From assembly GCF_009834535.1 (NCBI RefSeq), contig NC_045697.1, forward strand, positions 56,670,001-56,734,000: a stretch of DNA of 64,000 nt, in the 5' to 3' direction. The stretch comes from Camelus ferus (lineage: Eukaryota). This document shows positions 26,426 through 39,689 of the stretch, one piece after another. The notes below the pieces were generated by a model. It did no database searches, had not been told where the DNA came from, and saw only the letters and a list, made by a program, of their open reading frames with translations. Made by a program: the position numbers and the translations under genes. Within the stretch, counting starts at the first letter, position 1. Each line of letters begins with the position of its first letter.

Positions 26426-29094
26426 AACCTTAGTGAACACCTGACATTAATCTGATCTTGGCACTGCCTTGAATTTGCTTATTTGTTTGCTAAGTGTTTA
26501 TTTTGATGTTAAAATCAAGAAAATCCAACAAACATAGTGTTTATGTTGGCAAGAAGATCCAGAAACTATAAGAAACTTGGAAAATTGTTGAAAACGTATA
26601 GCTATAAGAATTTTCTTAAAATATAAAAGCTTATGCATTGAAGAGGAATTCGATGTATAACTTTATCAATAGAAACATGAAGAGTATTGCCAAAAATAAC
26701 TAAAATGTGTATCTTACAAAGTATAGTAAATTGCCACCCTATTTCAAAAGCAAAAGCCCCATTTTGATGTATGTGCACTGGGCTACTGTTGCTACCTGCC
26801 ATATGAAATTGCCTGCAATGATGCTAGCATGCAATTGCTGATTTATCACCACTGTCAGCAGCACGTAACACTCAATCTCCAATGAGGTGGCTCTACTCTA
26901 ACCTTGCCTGTTGTTAATTTAGACTTTCTCCTTCCTTTCTATTTTGTTAATTCAAACCATGCCTAGATGGGTTGTCATAGCATGTATTTGCCCTCCACTG
27001 TCACATAATAGTTCTAGCTCATCCAAACAGCTTACATCTCTATCAGGATTCTCAGCTCCCACTTGTATGATGTACTGGTGACCTTAGTTTCATTGGTATT
27101 CTGTAAATGTCAGAGATATGCTTGCCTCAGCTGCCTGGGCCCTGGTGAGCAGGTGGAAAAATGACCAGTTGAAAATGAGTTGTTAAGACCACTACAGTGA
27201 AAAGATTGATGCAATTAATTTTTCATTATGCACAGTGTCTGCAGATTCTAATCAGTGTGGATTGTTCCTCCTTTGAGGCACAAATAAAATGCAAATGGCT
27301 TTGGAATGAAAGGGAGCATTCTTTATGGTATAGACTTTCCAAAGCTGTAAAATGACTCAGAACTAATCTGTGGTGTTAGAAATATTTTATGAATTAGGCC
27401 CTGGCAGACTAATGTAAGTTCTGTCTGGGAAATCCAAGCTGTAGCAACTGCAGGAAGCAGCTTGAGAGGTAGATTTCAAGGGCACAGACAATGAATAAAC
27501 CTTGAGGTAGACTTTACTGGACTGAAAAGGGTGTAGGTTGGGGCAGGGAATTTTTATTTACAAAACTAATTTTGTCCATTAATATGGTATAAATAATCTA
27601 AAAATCAATCATTATACGTATAGACTTATTTTCATAATCCATGCAAATAACTTGCAAAAACAAATATATATTTAGAGTTTTCTTTAGTCTCATGATGATT
27701 TTTTTCCCTTTGTTATATCATCTACTAAAATTTACTGCAGTGGATATGCAACCATACATCATAAATTATCATGGACAGTCCAAACTTAAAAATGTAAACA
27801 TACTTACAATTCCATATATCCCATTTTCTCTTAAAATAAAATCACTTGAATTATGAGATCAATGACTGATAATCTTTTATTGCTTATTGTTAGTTGTTAC
27901 TGGTTATTGTTATCGTTTATTGTTAGTGACAATTCAACTGTGTTTTCACTTGTTTCAGTGAATTTTACTACCTTTAAGTTATATATTGATGCTATCTAAA
28001 TGAGATATTTCCTCTTGTTTGGTTTAAAATTGCTATGAAAAAATGTAGAGATATAATTTAAAAATTGATCTTGAAAAAATATTACAAGTATGGACAACAG
28101 AAAAGGAGCGTGCTCTTTCATCTTCTGGTGCTGCGTCACACGTGTTCTGGAATTGAAACGTGTTCCTTTTTAAGGCTATTCGGTGCATGCAACAAAACCG
28201 TTTGGATCTTTTTTCTACGATATGTAATGAGGAATTAAATAGGCCTCTAGTGAAGCTGTCTTTTGAAATGTGGTCTAAATTGGAGATCATATTCTTATAT
28301 GAATTCTAAAAAGCTTTTTACAACATTATTTTGTGACATGATTTAGGAACAAAGAGTTGGAGTCGCCACTTCTACAATGAAGTACTTCCTAATATGAGAA
28401 ACGAAAAATTGTACTTATGCATTTCTTTAACAGAAAATATACTATTTATAATCATGCTTCAAAATGCTTTCTTACAAAATTGACTTACCTTAGGAGACAG
28501 CAAATATGTTGATAATTTTAAAGGTTCAATTCTAGAAGGAATATATTTTTTAAAAAATTATGACTAGATGTGTACATTTTAAACCTGTCTCATTCCTCTC
28601 TTTAACATCGATTTAACTAGAGACAAACCTTTATGGGTGCAGAAGATGAAAAAGCACTCTCCTTTTCTGTTGGCAGAAGTCTGTCATCTCTACTGTTCTT
28701 ACCAGAACTTTATTCTAGGCATTACCAGTTTTACCTAAAGACTCCCCTAAAATTCCCAAGTAGAGAATGTCTTTCTTTTCTTTTCTCCTTTTTCCTTTCC
28801 CATTTCTATTCAATTCTAACTTTATTTGCTCAAGTGAACAAAGCAAAACAACCTAAAGACCAGATACAATAATTAAAATCAGTTACAAACCTCTATTCTC
28901 TATTTATTTATATGAAGAATGTCTTTGGTGGGCACTATGGACAGACAGGTAGAATTGGTGAGGACCTCCTGTCTACTTCACATGTTACCTTTTCTAACTA
29001 CCTCCTTATCTTCCATACACTAAGTGAACACGGATCAGTAAAATTTCATCCAGCTTCTGAAATTATATATTGCTATTCTAAAACCTGAAAAATT

Positions 29095-29570
29095 AGTCAC
29101 TACATTTATTAACACTCTACTATATTCTAAACACCATGCCAGGATTCTTATAAGTAAGAAAACATAATATTCCTGTGAAGGAATTCACATTCTTTCCAGA
29201 AAGATGGATATCCATCCAAATAATTATAAAATAGAATTTATATTGTAAAACATAGAAATATACAAAATGTTATGGACACTTAGAGGAGGGAATTTCATTT
29301 CCATGGAGTAGATTCTATTCAAGCAGAAGCTGAGAAAATGGGTAGGCTGAAGAAAGAATTCAGGTAAAAAAGAGATTTTTTGGATAGAGACTATTGATTG
29401 AACCAAGACTCACATGACCTGAAAATGATATCACCTGGGAAATAAAATCCAGCAGTACTAATGAGTTAGGTGTTAGAGGTAGGTAGGAAATGGCAGGCAA
29501 TGAGATTAGAGAGGTGATTGTGGCCAAATTGTAAAGTATTTAGATTTTCCTGCTAATAATGCCTTTATAC
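29095..29570 (-). mobile_element. L2 fragment
   Basis: 'acatttattaacactctactatattctaaacaccatgccagg...gaaggaattcacattct' followed by a purine-rich continuation. Confidence 0.6.
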
Positions 29571-30234
29571 CTTTTTGGTAGGCAAGATGTAAAAACTCTA
29601 ATACTGCCAAAAATATTCCAGTGATCCCAAAGCAGAAAGTGGACTTAGTGAAGACCAACAAACTGGGGAGTGCATACCACAACCTGTAGTCATGCAAGTT
29701 TGGAGGATTATTACTGTAAGGTTTTGAATGTGATGCTAACAGATCTCCACTTCTCTGAATAGTTGGAAATTGGATTGCCAATGAGTTCCAACTCAGGATT
29801 GATACCAAATTTCTTGATTTAAATTTGGTAATGATGAATGCCTTAAGAAATATACCTAACTTTTGTAGGTAATGATAACCTGTGAAAAGTTGTAAACAGG
29901 GAAACAGTGTGACCTCATTTGTGCTTAAAGCAAAACAAATGAAAAATAAATGAATGAATGAATTCATGAATGAAATTGCATCATGTCATTTATGAGCTGA
30001 AGAATCATTTGGAAAAAGAACAAGACAGAGATAAGAATTCTAAATAATATTTTGGAAATAGAATTGCAATAGGAAATGGAACTAATCAGGGTCATGTTAG
30101 TGAGGTTGAAATGAATATTTTTAGGAATTGTATTTTTCCTATTTTCCTATGTTTCCTATTGGCAACACTTGATTTAAAGATTGCTTGAAGGGTGAGGTAT
30201 AGTTCAGATTTGGTATGCTATAAACCTACATTTT

Positions 30235-30365
30235 AATGCCTATCTTTTAGTTTAGGAAATTGAGAAAGAGAGGGTAAATAATTTTTTCAAGGTAACACAT
30301 CTGATAAGAAGCAAAGCCAAGACTGGACCCAGGAAATATGGCTTCAGAGCCTTATATTGTAAATA
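30235..30365 (-). mobile_element. MIR SINE fragment
   Basis: 'ggaaattgagaaagagagggtaaataatttttcaaggtaacacatctgataagaagcaaagccaagactggacccagg...ggcttcagagcc'. Confidence 0.75.
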
Positions 30366-30835
30366 TTATATTTTAGTGAATCTCAAGCAGTAACACAGTT
30401 TACTTCCCAAGGAATAAATATATCTGCTTCATTTATGCTAAGTGTGAGATAACAGTGAACCATCTAGGTGAAGATGTCCAGTTAGCACTTAAAAGAACAC
30501 TTAAGAACAGTTAAAACTTTTCAAGTCTAGGTGTCAAATGCATGGAAATAAATGTTAGGTATGTATGTTTGCGTGTGTGTGAGAGAGAGAGAGAGGGAGA
30601 GAAATAATAGCTAAACATACTAAGAAAAAAAATCTTCACAAAAAGATAGCTAAAGAATAAAGATCAAATGAAAAAGAATGACTAAAACTATGAAAATTAG
30701 AAGAATCAAAAAGAAAAAAAAAGCCATTGCACAATTTTACAGGAAAGAGCTTCAATAAAGATGATGTCAAACTTGTTAAGCAAAACTGTCTTCAAGAATG
30801 AGAACATGGAATCTGAAAATACAAAGGAGCAGGAA

Positions 30836-32098
30836 GACACTACTACTAGCAACTATACACCAATAAAATGGACAGCCTAGAAGAAATAGACAAATTATTA
30901 GAAAGCTACAATCTCCCAAGATTGAACTAGGAATAAATAGAAAATATGAACAGACCAATTACCAGTAATGAAATTGAGTCAGTAATTTAAAAACTCCCAA
31001 CAAACAAAAGTCCAGGACCAGACAGCTTTAAAGGTGAGTTCTAGCAAACATTGAGTTAACATCTCTCCTTCTCAAAGTATTCCAAAAAATTGCAGAGGAA
31101 GGAACACTTCTGAACTCATACTATGGGGCTAGCATCACCCTGATACCAAAAGCAGACAAAGATATGACAAAAATTAAAATCATAGGCCAATATCACTGAT
31201 GAACATAGATGCAAAAATCTTCAACAAATACTACTAAACCAAGTCCAACAAACAATACATTAAAAGGATCATGCACTATAAACAAGTGGAATTTATCCCA
31301 GGGATGCAAGGATTTTTCAGTACCCACAAATTAATGTGATACACCACATTAACAGATTGAGCAATAAAAACCACATGATCATCTCAATAGATGCAGAAAA
31401 AGCTTTTGACCAAATTCGACATCCATTTATGATGAAACCTCTCCAAAAAGTGGGCTTAGAGGGAACAAACCTCAACATAATAAAGGCCATATATGACAAA
31501 CCCACAGCTAACATCATACTCAACCTTGAAAAGCTAAAAGTATCAGCACTAAGGTCAGGAACAAGACAAGAATGCCCATTCTCATCACTTTTATTCAACA
31601 TAGTTTTGTAAGTCCTAGCCACAGCATTCAGAGAAGAAAACGAAAGAAAAAGAATCAAAATTAGAAAGGAAGAAGTAAAATTGTCACTATTTGCAGATAA
31701 CATATTATACATAGAAAATCCTAAAGATGCCACCAGAAAACTGCTAGAGCTCATCAATGAATTCAGTAAAGCTGCAGGATACAAAATTAATATACAGAAA
31801 TCTGTTGCATTTCTATATAGTAATGGAGAACTATCAGAAAGAGAAATTAAGGAAACAATCCCATTTACCATTGCATCAAAAAGAATAAAGAACCTAGGAA
31901 TAAGCCACCTAAGGAAGTAAAAAGCCTATACTCAGAAAACCATAGACACTGAGGAAAAATTGAGGATAACACAAACAGATGGAGAGATACACTGTGTTCT
32001 TGGATTGGAAAAATCACATATTCTTAAAATGACTGTACTACCCAAGGCAATCTACAGATTCAACGCAATTCCTACGAAAGTATCAGTGGCATTTTTAT
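30836..32098 (+). mobile_element. L1 ORF2 internal fragment covering the reverse-transcriptase domain (pseudogenised)
   Basis: ORFs 31336-31611 ([21 protein letters not shown]) and 31681-31920 ([14 protein letters not shown]; normal L1 motif is LFADDMILY). In-frame stops and frameshifts; no 3' UTR or poly(A). Confidence 0.95.
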
Positions 32099-32652
32099 TT
32101 GTGAAATAAAACTTGTACATGTTTCAGAAAATCATATCACTGGTAGCAATGCTGCTTGCCTGTGTTGTTTGATCTGATGATATAATAAAACTTATTCTAA
32201 AGTTTATTTGTAGGTGTTCCATCATTGGAGATGATCATACATAGGGAACTATATAGATAACTATCTACTTCATTACATCTTTTGATGTTGACATACTTGA
32301 GTATTTATAATACAAAACTATACATATATAATAAACCATTTTTATTAGAACATTATATTGGTTATTTTGATTATGTCTGAGGGTTGACTTTATTATCTAT
32401 GACTTTTAAATTTCAGAACAGAGAAGGGAACATTACAATATGCTTGTTGTAAAAATACTGGTTCAAGGAGAAAAATAAACACTATAAATGTAGTCTCTTA
32501 ATGAAGACCTTGTTCATATACTTTACAATAAATGATGGTAGCATTGAATCATCATATTTAGATTCCTTTGGATACATTTAAAAGAGAGATGCTAAATTTC
32601 TATTTGAGAGTGTCAGTATATAAAATATGCTAAACACAACAACCTTTGCAAT

Positions 32653-33793
32653 TAGAAGCAGAGTTTACTGCAGAGCTAATGAGGCTTAAATTCAGGGCCC
32701 TTCATTTACACAGGCTTTTTTTAAGCCTGAGAAAAACTCTAATAGTGTGTTTATAAGGCCACAAGTTCTTATTAAATTTTCAAAAACAAGTTACTTTAAC
32801 TGCAATCGGTTAAAACCTCTGTCACATTCCAATTGGTCTTACCCTCCATCATATTTCTTCTGTATGTTTTTAAAGTGGCCTTGGGAATTTTGTGATCCAA
32901 AGGGTAAATTGAGTTGGTGATACATTTAGTTTGGGCTTAGTGAGAAAAATGTATACAATTTAAACTCACTTTGTGTAGGGCTATTATTGCTAGCTGCTCT
33001 AGAGTAAAAATGGTTTCTGTGTATGTTCTTACCACTCACTGTGACAGCCTATCATTATCCTCACAAGACCAGAGGTCATATTGTGGTATCAGCATGTGCA
33101 GTGGCATCTAGCACTTGAAATACGTGGATAATGGAGGAGAAACAAGGTTTGAGAAGAGCTGGAAGCTGGTTTGAGGACAATTCCTCTAGTAATTAGACAT
33201 ATACAATTGCTAGAAGAGGATTCTCATTAATATCTATTTTAAACAGAAATGCCTTCCTCAGAAATATACTTAATAATTTTTGATTATTAGAAATATACTA
33301 TAACATCTTTATTTGTTTTCATCAGAATTGCACAAAATAGAAATTATGGAATTTTAAGATGTATAGGATAAAATCTGTGCATTACTACAAATAGTAAGTA
33401 TATGTCTTTGTAAAGTCACATGCATTATATATCACAACCAAAATATTAGAAAATAAATCCCAACCAACCATATTAAAAGAGAGTTGATTGTCTTTCTTCT
33501 CTCTGTAGAAAGTATAACAAAATCATTGTCATATGAAGACATGATCAAAAAGTATGCTGCCAACAACATTGGGAATAAAAGTATTATAGATGACTATCAG
33601 GAAGTAAATTAATAAAAATGTGTTGCTTTCCTGGATATTCTGGTATTTATGTTACTTGTTGGTTTTTTAAATGTGTAATTTGTTAGGATTTCTTTCTCAT
33701 TCTTTGCAAATATTTTTATATCTATTTTGCATTCATGATTTTGTATTTTTTTCTTAAAGAGAGTTCACAAAGTTATATAAATTCTGTGCCCTG
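32653..33793 (+). mobile_element. hAT-Tip100 DNA transposon fossil (Arthur1-like)
   Basis: 5' end 'gagctaatgaggcttaaattcagggcccttcatttacacagg' and 3' end 'ttttgtattttttcttaaagagagttcacaaagttatataa...gccctg'. Confidence 0.7.
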
Positions 33794-34930
33794 CAACATG
33801 GAATGAACTTCCATTTGCAACTATTTAAACATAAAGATATATATATATATGTACACTGTGTACCTACTTGCACAGTAGTTTTAGAAAATAATTCTGAACT
33901 GTATAGAAGAAAAACTAATTTCAGGCTCTTGTTATAAGATAAACATGCATGTGAGTGAGGGTAACTGCTTCCCAATGCCTCCTTAATTCCTATAGCAAGC
34001 AAGCCTATATTACAGATGTAGCCCAGGTAGAAGAACAACCATACCAGGGCAAAGAGTCCCGCAACCTTAGGTAACCTGCTTGGAGTGTCATTAGTTTGCG
34101 CAGGAGCGACATCAGCACACAATGCTCTATGTCCTACCCTCCCTCTGTAAAAGACTGTACCACGGTTACATAACTCCCTGCTCTACTTCATCTGCAACGT
34201 TGCCCTTACATCATAGCTGATGCTTTATTAAAAAAAAAATCTAAAACTGAATATTGACTATTTTAAACTGATTTTTCATTATTATTATTTTAAAGATAAT
34301 CAATTGATATTACCCATGACTGTTTTACTCTGTGGCTATCCATATAAGTTTATAACATGATAAACTATACACAATCATATTTTATTCAGATTTTACTTTG
34401 AAAGAACATTGATACTAATTAAAGTATACATCAATTAAAAAATTCAAATGAATATGGAGATTTGTGTGGTCTTAAAAAATCAGTAAAATTACAGTCGTTA
34501 TAGTAAGATGAAACAGTCACTTGAAATTAACATGAAATGATCTCATCTTAAACTCCAAGTTAACATGACATACAGTAAAAGGCGAATTTTAAGAGAAGGA
34601 AAACTGAGAGGTTCACAAGTAAATCACAGCAGTAGTCAGGAACTGTACCATACTTAATGGTGTGAAAATGAGAAAATGAGATCATCACACATCCTGGGGA
34701 CACAGAGTCACACAATGTAAAAGTTTCTGGTCTGAGCCAGTAAGAAGTTTCTGTCCTTTATCACTGCATAATACTCTGTTTTGAGGCCAGTTCAGAAAGC
34801 TTTTATTTGCTCATTAGGCCTTTAGTCTCTAAATTCTCACCCTTCTTGTTGGCTATAAATTAGTTTGGACTTTTAGAGATTATTTTGCCCACAGGTATTC
34901 TATTTTGGATTTTTCATTTTTGTGTTTTCA

Positions 34931-35065
34931 AATGGGAAAGAATCTAAAATTATACACACACACACATATATATAAAAAACTGAATCAGTTTGCTGTAAAC
35001 CTGAAACATTGTAGATCAACTATACCTCAATTAAAAAATTAAAATTAGAAAAATAGAAAAAAGTA
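34931..35065 (+). mobile_element. Short L1 3' end (artiodactyl-type)
   Basis: 'aactgaatcagtttgctgtaaacctgaaacattgtagatcaactatacctcaattaaaaaa' with an A-rich tail. Confidence 0.8.
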
Positions 35066-38044
35066 AATTAAAATTGGTATTTATTGTTAATGCTTTTTTT
35101 CAAAGTTCTGACAGAATGAGTCATGCAGTGTCTAAAATGTGTCTTTAGACAAATGAATAAACAAACAAAAGATGTATTCTAACAAACCCTTATGTATTTT
35201 AACAAATTACCCTTCAAAATGGGGAACTTTCATACAACAAATAAATGCCTTTAGAACTACTGATTCCTTTATTAGCAGTCATACAAAAACATTTTCAAAT
35301 GATCTCTGACCATGATAATAATGAAGGTTCTGCTACAATGAATATTAATAGCATTTATTATGAGCAGCAAGCTTTAATACATCAGAAGAAATACTCTTCT
35401 ATTTGACACTTTTTGGAACTATTTTGATAAAGAGCTAGAAAGTAGATTTCAGTGACAATTCTACACCAGCCCTCAGGGTTTGACCTAATAGGTATTATGA
35501 AATCTCTATTCCTATGATTGATTGATTAATTTTCCTCATGTAAAATGTTAGTCTTCTATTTTCCTTGCTTTATTTGCCTTATCTCTTTTGAGAAATCACA
35601 GGGTATGTTAGAAAGAAATGAAAGCAATCAGACATCAAAATTATATTCTTTGTTATTCATCATGATCAAATAATTGTGTTCTGAATCCACTACTAATATT
35701 CCAACACTCGAAGAGATTTAATCATAAGGTTTTGCATATCAAATATATGCATGTATATGAATGTATATAGCAGATTTGATTCAACTGAATGCATTGTAGT
35801 GCTCATGTTGGCATATAATACCTAAGCTAGCAGTTAATCAGGAAAGAAAGATGGGATTGTTACAGAAAATTTTGTAGTTTATCAGAATCTTGCCATATTT
35901 TCATGCATCAGGTTAGCAGTAAGCTCTTGAAGTTTATTCAAAAATAAGCACTTTTGATCATTTTTCTACATGTAAAAATTTGCACAGTATTTGTGCAAAT
36001 TTAGACTCTATGGATTTTAAGAAGTTAGCTTGACTGTCTGCCTCAATGAAATCAGCCATCAAACTATCAGATCTTTACTCTCTGCCCTGAAGACTCACCT
36101 TGTCTGGTGGGTCCCATCCCTGAGGTCCAGCTAGAATTGCTAAATGGGGAACATGTGACAGTGATGAGTAAAATAGGCAACTGTGAAGCAGGAAAGGTAG
36201 CCTCAGATATTCAGTTATTCTGTGTTATATTTTAGAAGTAAATATTCCACACTTTACATTAAATTATATATCAAATATTCTGATAATGAGATTATAGCTA
36301 TGAACATTTTATGTATGGTGCAATTAGTAGATTTTCCTAAAGATGCTGTCAATATGATGTTTTCCCCAAAATGATATACTTATTTGCAGAAGTACAGAGT
36401 GTACACTTTCTGCAAAGGCATCTATTTTTATAAAGTAATTTGAAGCACAAATTTATATCAGCCATTTCAGTCCATTGCTATTATATACATTTATATATAT
36501 ATATTTCTCTGTTATTTGTCAGAGAACAAATCACAATTTCTACACTATCAATATCTTATTTATGTTTTTCCCACTTACAGAATAATATTTTATCCAAAAA
36601 ATGCTCTACTATTCCTAGAAAATATTTAAGTTTAGGGTAGAAACTCTTTCATCACTCCTTGGTTTTCCACTATCATTTTTCTCTGTTTATAGCCAGTTAT
36701 TTTTATTTCATTAAGAGTAACAAATATAAGACCAAGCTGCAAAAACAACACTTCAGAAAATAGAAGTAATTTTTTTCTAAGAAGTCATTAGTTTCCATGT
36801 ATCATTTGTCAATGTGAGGCACCATTAGCATAGTCTTATAAGCTTTTCTCTAGGGGGAAAAGAATCCTTGGCTTATTTAATTTTGTACATTCTACTGTAA
36901 TGAAGAAAATTCATACTAATTCAATAGAGATGCCACATATAAATACCTTATGAGAATTTAAATTATTTTCTTGCTTGTGGATATTCCCTTATACCAATAA
37001 GATTAAGCCTAAAATTATTTTGCTTATATGGATTTATTTCAGGAAACTTGGACAATGTTGGCGGGTATACAGTAAAATTTTGCATATTGCCATTGTTTGT
37101 CAATGAAAGATTTGACATATTGTTGATAAAATATATTTTGGGTTTTTATGCTTTACAAATCTTCTAACAAGGAAACTATGAGATACTTAATTATGAGATG
37201 GTAATTGGAATTCTGAGCAAATATACTAACTCCTCCTTTTTAGCTAAGTGCTATTAAACATTTATTTAAGTATTCTTAAGCCTAGTTTCCTCATTAGTAT
37301 AATATAAAAAAATATAATGTATATAAAAATTCCTAGTGTATTAGGGTCAATTATATTAAATGTATATAACACACAATTATATATATAATTATATATACAC
37401 ACATGTGTATGTATTATACAAATAAAAGAAAACAAAATTATATATGCACATATATACACACTTACACACCAACACACATACTTTAACAACAGACCCTTGC
37501 CACCCACTACTAAATGATACATATGTTTTATTTATAAATTCTGTCCATATATTATGTTTTGAGGTAATAAAGAAAATAGCTCTACTGTGGAAATTCTTAT
37601 TTAAAATCTTGAGAAAAATATCTATAACAGCATTTGACTGTAACTGTCCAGAGTTTGATCCATTAGAAGAGTCTGTTGAGATCCTGAGCCTGTTCTCCTG
37701 TTGCTTGGAGGAGATGCTAAAGGATCTTAGTGTTTGACCTAAAGGGTTGACTCTTCCTCCTCATGAGTTTCTCTAAAGCAAAATAGCCTCAACCACCTGC
37801 CACTTAAATTAGAACATATTAAAAGGGCACATACGCAGTCTAAAACATGATCCTCACAATCCTGTAAGGTGAGCTAGAGCCCAGCTGTAGGAGCAGGAGA
37901 TTGCAGCAGGCTCCTCCCCAGCAACTCCTTTCCACCCCATGGCACACGCCTACTTCAAAAGTGCACCTGTGGACAGGAGCTCAGAGGCCCGTGCTCTTCT
38001 GAGAAGGCCACCTATCTGCCTGTTGTCTCTTACTTTACAATTCT

Positions 38045-38210
38045 TTCATATAATCCTTTTTTTTTATTCATGCAAACAAAATATCCTTATTGGAGACCTG
38101 CTGTGTGCTTGGCAATATGCTCAGGTCCAAGGAATTAAAAGTTCTTACTCTCATGGATTATTTTGGATCATGAAAGAGAACAAATCGATCTTGAACAGGT
38201 AGATGAATGG
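38045..38210 (-). mobile_element. L2 3' fragment
   Basis: 'ttattcatgcaaacaaaatatccttattggagacctgctgtgtgcttggcaatatgctcagg'. Confidence 0.65.
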
Positions 38211-38557
38211 AACTCCATGACAGAAACCAATTAAAGCCTGAGACAGAAAAATTGGAGGGAAGAGAGATGCTGAGACAGATGTGGATGGGCGCAATTAGAT
38301 ATTTTTGACCTTTCATTTTTTCTGCACAACTGAAATTTAGTCGTACACTATCATTGGTCAGTTCAAGTATGAGCCAGAATTGTTTTTCCCTGTGGGAACA
38401 GGTGCAGAGAATGGTGTCTCTCCAGCTGTTGGCTGGGCTTCAGGGAAAGTCTGAGATGGTCTGTAGATGAGCCCCTTGAATTGATGAGAACAAATGACAC
38501 GGGGGATGAGGGGCTGCATACCAAAGAGTCTTGACTGTCAAAGAGGACAAATCTTGG

Positions 38558-38726
38558 GCAGTGGTTCTCATTGTTGGCTGCATATTAGAATCACCTGATT
38601 TTTTTTTTTTAAATCCCAGAACATAGCACAGAAAAATTATGTGAGGATCTCTTGGGGTGGAACCCAGGATTCAGTATTTTTACAAGCTATTCAGATATTG
38701 AACGGAGACAAGACTGAGAACCATAG
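38558..38726. mobile_element. MER5-type hAT-Charlie element
   Basis: Inverted termini 'gtggttctca' / 'tgagaaccat'; internal 'ggctgcatattagaatcacctg' and 'ggggtggaacccagg'. Confidence 0.85.
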
Positions 38727-38933
38727 GATGAGGGAACACTTCTCTTAACTACTTTATCTATTTTTTTTGTTGAGGAATCTGCCTAATATTTCTTCTAACA
38801 GAAAATTGGTGGATCTCCCTCCCACCCATAAAAAATTTCTCCACTTACTCAGATAGAAGGGGGGTTGGACATCAGGCCTTAATAATGTTAAACAACAAAC
38901 GTGTGTGTGTGTGGGTGTGGGTGCACAAGGGAC

Positions 38934-39008
38934 TCCCAGCAGTGTACAAGGGTTCCCTTTTCTCCACATCCTCACCAGCATTTGTTATTTATGTTCTTTT
39001 TGATGATA
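38934..39008 (-). mobile_element. ~75-bp internal L1 ORF2 fragment
   Basis: The reverse complement matches the young L1 at ~59835-59912 ('aaatgctgg.gagg.tgtggagaaaagggaaccct'). Confidence 0.85.
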
Positions 39009-39689
39009 GGAATGGCTTCATTTTTTATTTGCCTGTTACAGTAAGTCTCTGTGGCTTTGAGGAGAGGACAATATCAGATGGATTTGGCAAATGTCAGAGT
39101 TTTACTGTTATGACCAGTACTCCCTTTAAAGTTTATGCTATTCAATTTTTTCAGTTTTTTGTATAAAGGTATATTTTCTAATCTGAGAATTTTAATCAGG
39201 GCTGATTTGAAATACGACATTATGCATTAACAAGAATCATGTTAAGGGTCTGCGTTGTTCTGAACACCAATTCAGTGAATTAGGTGTCTTCTGAATTGCA
39301 GTTTCAGTTTCAGTTATTTTCAGAACATTGTAAGTCCTTATTTTCACACAATATTGCCTTATAGGTGAGTGACAGTAGTATCACAACATCTCTCTGAACA
39401 GTCATGAAGCGTTTTTTGGTTTTTTTTTTCCCCATGTTCCCTGGCAAGACAAAAAGGGGAAATCTATTATTGAGGGAGAGACTTCATTGCAACTGAGATG
39501 TTCTGATTCAGGAGTGGTCTTCAGCGACAAGGTATTTGCTTTTCTCTTCAGTAACAAAAGAAACGCCACTGAAGATTTCTAGACAAAAAAATAGCAGGGT
39601 GTGGAAAAGATGGGAATAGACCAGTGAGGGTTGTTTGGTACTTCATTTTTGAGAAGCCACTTCGAGTTCTTGAGAAACTATTTTAGATA

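Noticed and set aside
29506..29967. 153-aa minus-strand ORF
   Set aside because: It starts in an L2-type (TGAA)n tail, has no recognisable domain and has the composition of AT-rich non-coding DNA.
31317..31871. Longest ORF in the track (184 aa, minus strand, hydrophobic)
   Set aside because: It is the antisense frame of the L1 ORF2 fragment, a common artefact.
33754..34122. 122-aa minus-strand ORF with hydrophobic stretch
   Set aside because: Non-ATG start, runs through a TA repeat into a DNA transposon end, and has no recognisable family. The + strand exon candidate is better supported.
35976..36002. 11-bp perfect inverted repeat aaatttgcaca / tgtgcaaattt
   Set aside because: Short and AT-rich, plausible by chance in 64 kb, with no supporting context.
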